IMG/VR virus record: IMGVR_UViG_3300049982_000030
Coordinates: 1-28,085 of that record
From: a virus
Taxonomy: Duplodnaviria; Caudoviricetes
Reading direction: 5' to 3' (one strand)
Length of the DNA stretch: 28,085 nt
In this document: piece after piece, positions 24,294 to 28,085 of the stretch
Layout of the letters: each line of letters starts with the position of its first letter
Position numbering within the stretch: the first letter of the stretch is position 1
Position numbers and translations under genes: made by a program
Notes under the pieces: generated by a model
Seen by the model: the letters and a program-made list of their open reading frames with translations, nothing else
Database searches by the model: none
Told to the model about the DNA's origin: nothing

Positions 24294-24932
24294 ATGGCTG
24301 ATGGTACCTGCCTGATCGACGACTGTGGCAGCGAGGTCGCTGCGCGCGGCTGGTGCTCAAAGCACTGGCAACGCTGGCGCAAGTACGGCGACCCACACAT
24401 TGTCTACCCGCCGTCGGCTGGTCCTCAGCGGCCTGCGACGGAGCGCTTCTGGGAGAAGGTCGACAAAGCCACGACGCCCGATGGGTGCTGGACCTGGACT
24501 GCCGGGAGTGACGAGGACGGCTACGGGCACTTCAAGGTGGACGGCCGCACCTGGCGCGCGTCCCGCTGGATCTTCAATCAGACCAACGACGCACCCCTCG
24601 CTGACGGCGAGCAGGTGCGACACACGTGTGACAACCCTCCCTGCGTGCGACCGGCCCACCTCATCAGAGGAACCAGCGCCGACAACTCGCGCGACATGGT
24701 CTCCCGCGCCCGGTCAGCGCGCGGCGCCCGCCACGGCTCACAGCTGCATCCCGACACGGTCATGCGCGGCACCGGAAACGCCGCGCACAAGTTGACGGAC
24801 GACGAGGTGCAGGAGATCCGCGCCCGCTACGCAAACGGCGAACTGCAGATCCCGCTCGCGAAGGAGTTCGGGGTCACTCAAGTGACCGTCAGCCTCATTA
24901 CCCGACGCAAGACCTGGACCCATCTGGAGTGA
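24294..24932 (+). CDS. Free-standing HNH homing endonuclease
   Basis: N-terminal C-x4-C...C..H finger, RFWEKVDK...CWTW...GYG, RHTCDNPPCVRPAHL..GT..DN, C-terminal HTH. Start 24294 or GTG 24285. Confidence 0.92.
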   Translation: MADGTCLIDDCGSEVAARGWCSKHWQRWRKYGDPHIVYPPSAGPQRPATERFWEKVDKATTPDGCWTWTAGSDEDGYGHFKVDGRTWRASRWIFNQTNDAPLADGEQVRHTCDNPPCVRPAHLIRGTSADNSRDMVSRARSARGARHGSQLHPDTVMRGTGNAAHKLTDDEVQEIRARYANGELQIPLAKEFGVTQVTVSLITRRKTWTHLE

Positions 24933-24938
24933 TTGCCC

Positions 24939-26291
24939 ATGCCGGATTCCGTTGAGATCAAAGAGTCCGGCACGTTGGCAAAGCCGCCCGAGCAGAGCGG
25001 CAAGATGCTCGCGCAGATCATTACCCCGGGTACCGGGTCGAGCGGGACCTACCCGGTCTCCACCCTGGAGGCCGCGGCAAAGGACCGCCTGGTCAAGGCC
25101 GGTACCCCGCTTTACCTGGATCACCCGACCGAAGCTGAGGCGCTGGAGCGGCCCGGCCGATCGGTGAAGGACCTGGTCGCAGTGTTCACCGAGGACGCCC
25201 GCTGGACCGGTGAAGCCCTCGTTGCTGAGGCGCAGATCTTCTCCCCCTACCGGCCGCTGCTCTCTGAGATGGCGCCGTACATCGGCCTGTCGATTCGCGG
25301 CTCCGGCCTGGTCACGCCGGGTGGCGTCATCGAGTCATTGGACTCGATCACGAGCGTGGACTTCGTAACTGCCGCGGGACGTGGCGGCAAGGTGCTGCAG
25401 ATGCTTGAGTCGGCGCGCCAGTCAGGTATCCCGATCCGCGAAGCCACCGCGAGCGACACCGATCGCGCGATCCAGGACGCAGTCAGTGCCGCGTACAACA
25501 ACCAGGACGCCGAGACGTATACGTGGGTGCGCGACTACGACCCCGAGAAGAAGCTCGCCTACTTCGAGATCTCCGTCGGCGGCGTCTGTACCACCTACTC
25601 CCAGACCTACGCCGTGAGTGACTCCGGCGACGTCGAGCTCACCGGCGAGAGGTCCGAGGTCAACCAGCGCACGGAGTACGTGCCTGCGGCCGCGACCGAG
25701 TCCAGCCTGCCGCCGCTGAAGTTCACCGAGCCCAGCACCACCCCGAATGTCCCGCGCCACGCGCCCGGGCAGCCCACAACCATCAGGGAGAACACCATGC
25801 CCGAGAACGAGGGCGCCACGACCCCCATCGAGGAGTCGAAGCGGCGCGAACTCGAGGAGAAGGCCGGTCGCACGGAGATCGCCGAGGCCAAGCTGGCGTC
25901 GGAGACCGCGCGCGCCGACACCGCCGAGCAGGCACTCGCCGTCGAGAAGGCTCGCGACTATGCCCGCGACTTCGGCACCAAGCGTGTCCGCGAGGCGAAC
26001 AGCGAGCTGGACCCGGCCGCGGTCGACAAGATCGTCGCCGAGGCGATGCGGGATCTGCCGCTGACCGAGGCCGACAAGGCCGCCGATCGTCGCCTCGACA
26101 CCGAGGTGTTCGGCAAGGCCGTCGACACGGCCCAGCTCGCCGAGGAGACCTACCTCGCCACCGTGATCAAGAACCGCGGCGGCTCCGTCCAGGGCCTCGG
26201 CCAGACCGACGGCAAGGCCGACGTCACTGAGGCGCAGGTCGACAACATCGTGGCCGGCGCGTTCGGTCGCCGGACCGTGAAGGGAGCCTGA
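24939..26291 (+). CDS. Capsid maturation protease / scaffolding protein
   Basis: IITPG.GSSG.Y, YLDHP, IGLSIR, SVDFVT.AGRGG protease motifs; coiled-coil C-terminus. Confidence 0.85.
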   Translation: MPDSVEIKESGTLAKPPEQSGKMLAQIITPGTGSSGTYPVSTLEAAAKDRLVKAGTPLYLDHPTEAEALERPGRSVKDLVAVFTEDARWTGEALVAEAQIFSPYRPLLSEMAPYIGLSIRGSGLVTPGGVIESLDSITSVDFVTAAGRGGKVLQMLESARQSGIPIREATASDTDRAIQDAVSAAYNNQDAETYTWVRDYDPEKKLAYFEISVGGVCTTYSQTYAVSDSGDVELTGERSEVNQRTEYVPAAATESSLPPLKFTEPSTTPNVPRHAPGQPTTIRENTMPENEGATTPIEESKRRELEEKAGRTEIAEAKLASETARADTAEQALAVEKARDYARDFGTKRVREANSELDPAAVDKIVAEAMRDLPLTEADKAADRRLDTEVFGKAVDTAQLAEETYLATVIKNRGGSVQGLGQTDGKADVTEAQVDNIVAGAFGRRTVKGA

Positions 26292-26292
26292 C

Positions 26293-26649
26293 ATGGCTAC
26301 GAACGAGGTCTTCGACGAGGCCACCGACATCACCCTGCCCGTCCCGGCCTACGTCGTGTCGGGCAGCCCGGTGATCGTCGGCATGATCCCCGGCGTCGCC
26401 ACCACGGCCCGTGACGCCAGCGGCAACGCGACCGTCACCACCGAGGGTGCCTACAACCTGTCCGTCACCGGCGCGATCGCGTCCGTAGGGCTGCCGGTGT
26501 ACATCACCAGCGCCACCGGTGCCCTGGTCGTCGCTCCGGGCGCTGGCATCCAGCTGTTCGGCCACGCCCTCGCCACCAAGGCGAGTGGCGCCGGCGTCAT
26601 CCCCGTCCGGCTCGCACAGTTCGCTGTCGCCAGCGACGTCCCCGCCTGA
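26293..26649 (+). CDS. Capsid decoration/cement protein (DUF2190-like)
   Basis: MATNEVF...SGSPVIVG..PGVA...EGAY.L...G.PVY...FG.AL...IPVRL; lies between scaffold and capsid. Confidence 0.8.
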   Translation: MATNEVFDEATDITLPVPAYVVSGSPVIVGMIPGVATTARDASGNATVTTEGAYNLSVTGAIASVGLPVYITSATGALVVAPGAGIQLFGHALATKASGAGVIPVRLAQFAVASDVPA

Positions 26650-26668
26650 TCCCCGAAGGAGATCAAAC

Positions 26669-27808
26669 ATGACTACGGAGATCCTCACCGGCGACGCAGC
26701 TGTCGCAGAGGGCACCGCGCTGCCGATGCGGCGCCGCTCCACCAACCCGCAGTACCTCGCCAAGGTTGCGGAGGCCGCGACCCTGATCGGTCGCGTGTTC
26801 GCCGGCGACCGCCGCGCCACCCTGCAGGTCTCGGAACTGATGAGCACCTCGGACTTCCCGAAGATCTTCGGGGACGTCCTCGACCGGGAACTGATGGCTC
26901 AGTACGAGCAGATCACCCCGATCTGGAAGGGTTTCGCGACCCGTGCCCAGGTCAACGACTTCCGGCCGAAGCACTGGCTCGACCTGCTCGGCGGTCGCGC
27001 TGAGCTCGACCCGGTCGGCGAGGGCGCGGAGTACAAGGCGCGTGCGCTGACCGAGAACGACTACAAGCTGACCGTCGGCAAGTACGGTTCGCGGCTCCCG
27101 CTCACGTGGGAAATGATCATCAACGACGACCTGGGCGCCTTCCAGACGGCTCCGGAGCGTCTCGCGCAGGCCGCGGTCGACACCGAGGACAAGCTCGCGA
27201 CCCGGCTGTACGCCAGCGCGACCGGTCCCGTATCGGCGTTCTTCACCGCGTCCGGTGGAGCCGTGGACAACAAGGTGCTGAACGTCGACAACCTGTCGGC
27301 GGCGCTCACCACGGTCGCGACCCGCCGCGACTCCGACAACCGGCCGATCATGATCCGGGCGTTCGTCCTGGTCGTGCCGCCGAGCCTCGAGGTCGCTGCG
27401 CACAACATCGTGAACGCGACCCTGATCCGGCTGCGCAACGATGCGTCGTCGGCGTCGCAGGCCCGCGACGTCGAGGTCACGAACTGGCTGGCCGGCAAGG
27501 TCGAGATCGTCACGAACCCGTGGCTTCCGGTCATCGACCTGTCCGGTTCGGGTGCGAACGCGGCGAAGACCTGGTACCTGTTCCCGGCGCCGTCGACGCC
27601 GCGCCCGGCCATGGTCATGGGCTTCCTGCGTGGCCACGAGACGCCGGACCTGCGGGTCAAGGCCGACGGCGGCATGCGTGTCGGTGGCGGTTCGGTTCCG
27701 GCCGAGGAGGGGTCGTTCGAGAACGACGACATCCAGTACCGGATCCGTCACGTCACCGGCGGCACCACGCTCGACCCGATCGCCGCGTACGCGTCGGTTG
27801 GCCCGTAG
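26669..27808 (+). CDS. Major capsid protein (Mu gpT-like, HK97 fold)
   Basis: SD AAGGAG; STSDFP, VNDFRP, GEGAEY, KYG...TWEMIINDDLGAF, LVVPPSLE. Confidence 0.92.
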   Translation: MTTEILTGDAAVAEGTALPMRRRSTNPQYLAKVAEAATLIGRVFAGDRRATLQVSELMSTSDFPKIFGDVLDRELMAQYEQITPIWKGFATRAQVNDFRPKHWLDLLGGRAELDPVGEGAEYKARALTENDYKLTVGKYGSRLPLTWEMIINDDLGAFQTAPERLAQAAVDTEDKLATRLYASATGPVSAFFTASGGAVDNKVLNVDNLSAALTTVATRRDSDNRPIMIRAFVLVVPPSLEVAAHNIVNATLIRLRNDASSASQARDVEVTNWLAGKVEIVTNPWLPVIDLSGSGANAAKTWYLFPAPSTPRPAMVMGFLRGHETPDLRVKADGGMRVGGGSVPAEEGSFENDDIQYRIRHVTGGTTLDPIAAYASVGP

Positions 27809-27811
27809 CCG

Positions 27812-28018
27812 ATGCCGCACGCTGTCACGACGACGGACGTGTTCCTGGAGCAGATCTCCGGTCAGCTTGACACGCTGATCGGGATCCTGCGCCCGGAACC
27901 GCCCGCCGAACCGGAGCCAGCCGCTGACGATGCGCCGGCTGCTGGGGAGCCGGCGCCTGTCAGCAAGAAGCCGCCGGTGAAGAAGGCCACGGCCCGCAAG
28001 AAGGTCACCGGCCAGTAG
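27812..28018 (+). CDS. Small Pro/Ala/Lys-rich protein after capsid
   Basis: Short helix and low-complexity tail typical of post-capsid genes. Confidence 0.65.
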   Translation: MPHAVTTTDVFLEQISGQLDTLIGILRPEPPAEPEPAADDAPAAGEPAPVSKKPPVKKATARKKVTGQ

Positions 28019-28085
28019 CTGGATGTCGGGGCGTCAACCCGTGGAATCGGCGCACTCCACGCTCATTGCACCGCGGGAAGGCGCA

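Noticed and set aside
24216-24938. HNH as part of a group I intron
   Set aside because: The flanking genes look complete and the non-coding flanks are too short for a ribozyme core.
26663-27820. 385-aa antisense ORF over the capsid gene and similar shadows elsewhere
   Set aside because: Mirror of a strongly GC3-biased gene; no SD or recognisable domain.
28019-28085. Possible structured RNA after the post-capsid gene
   Set aside because: Only a weak GTGGA/TCCAC stem and truncated by the window edge; cannot be supported.

Overview
A high-GC temperate actinobacteriophage or prophage segment of siphovirus-like architecture. In order: (1) a leftward XRE-type repressor and divergent Cro around an operator-rich intergenic region; (2) a long, translationally coupled rightward early operon with GIY-YIG nuclease, excisionase, PD-(D/E)XK exonuclease, phiC31 gp3-like protein, DnaQ-like exonuclease, RuvC-like resolvase, C5 and N4/N6 DNA methyltransferases, ThyX, two all-alpha NTP pyrophosphatases, DUF5131 radical-SAM-like protein, a truncated replication initiator beside an origin-like stretch, and many small Cys/His proteins; (3) a regulatory gap holding an unusual initiator tRNA-Met; (4) the head module (TerL, portal, MuF-like minor head, inserted HNH, protease-scaffold, DUF2190-like decoration protein, major capsid). 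No integrase, tail or lysis genes fall in the window. Most notable: a +1-frame ORF nested in the C5 methyltransferase that looks like a real beta subunit, a tRNA-fMet with C33 and a eukaryote-like acceptor and anticodon arm preceded by a duplicated acceptor minihelix, and one 17-bp operator-like motif shared between the immunity region and the late/tRNA promoter. All protein calls rest on motif recognition by eye; no searches were run.
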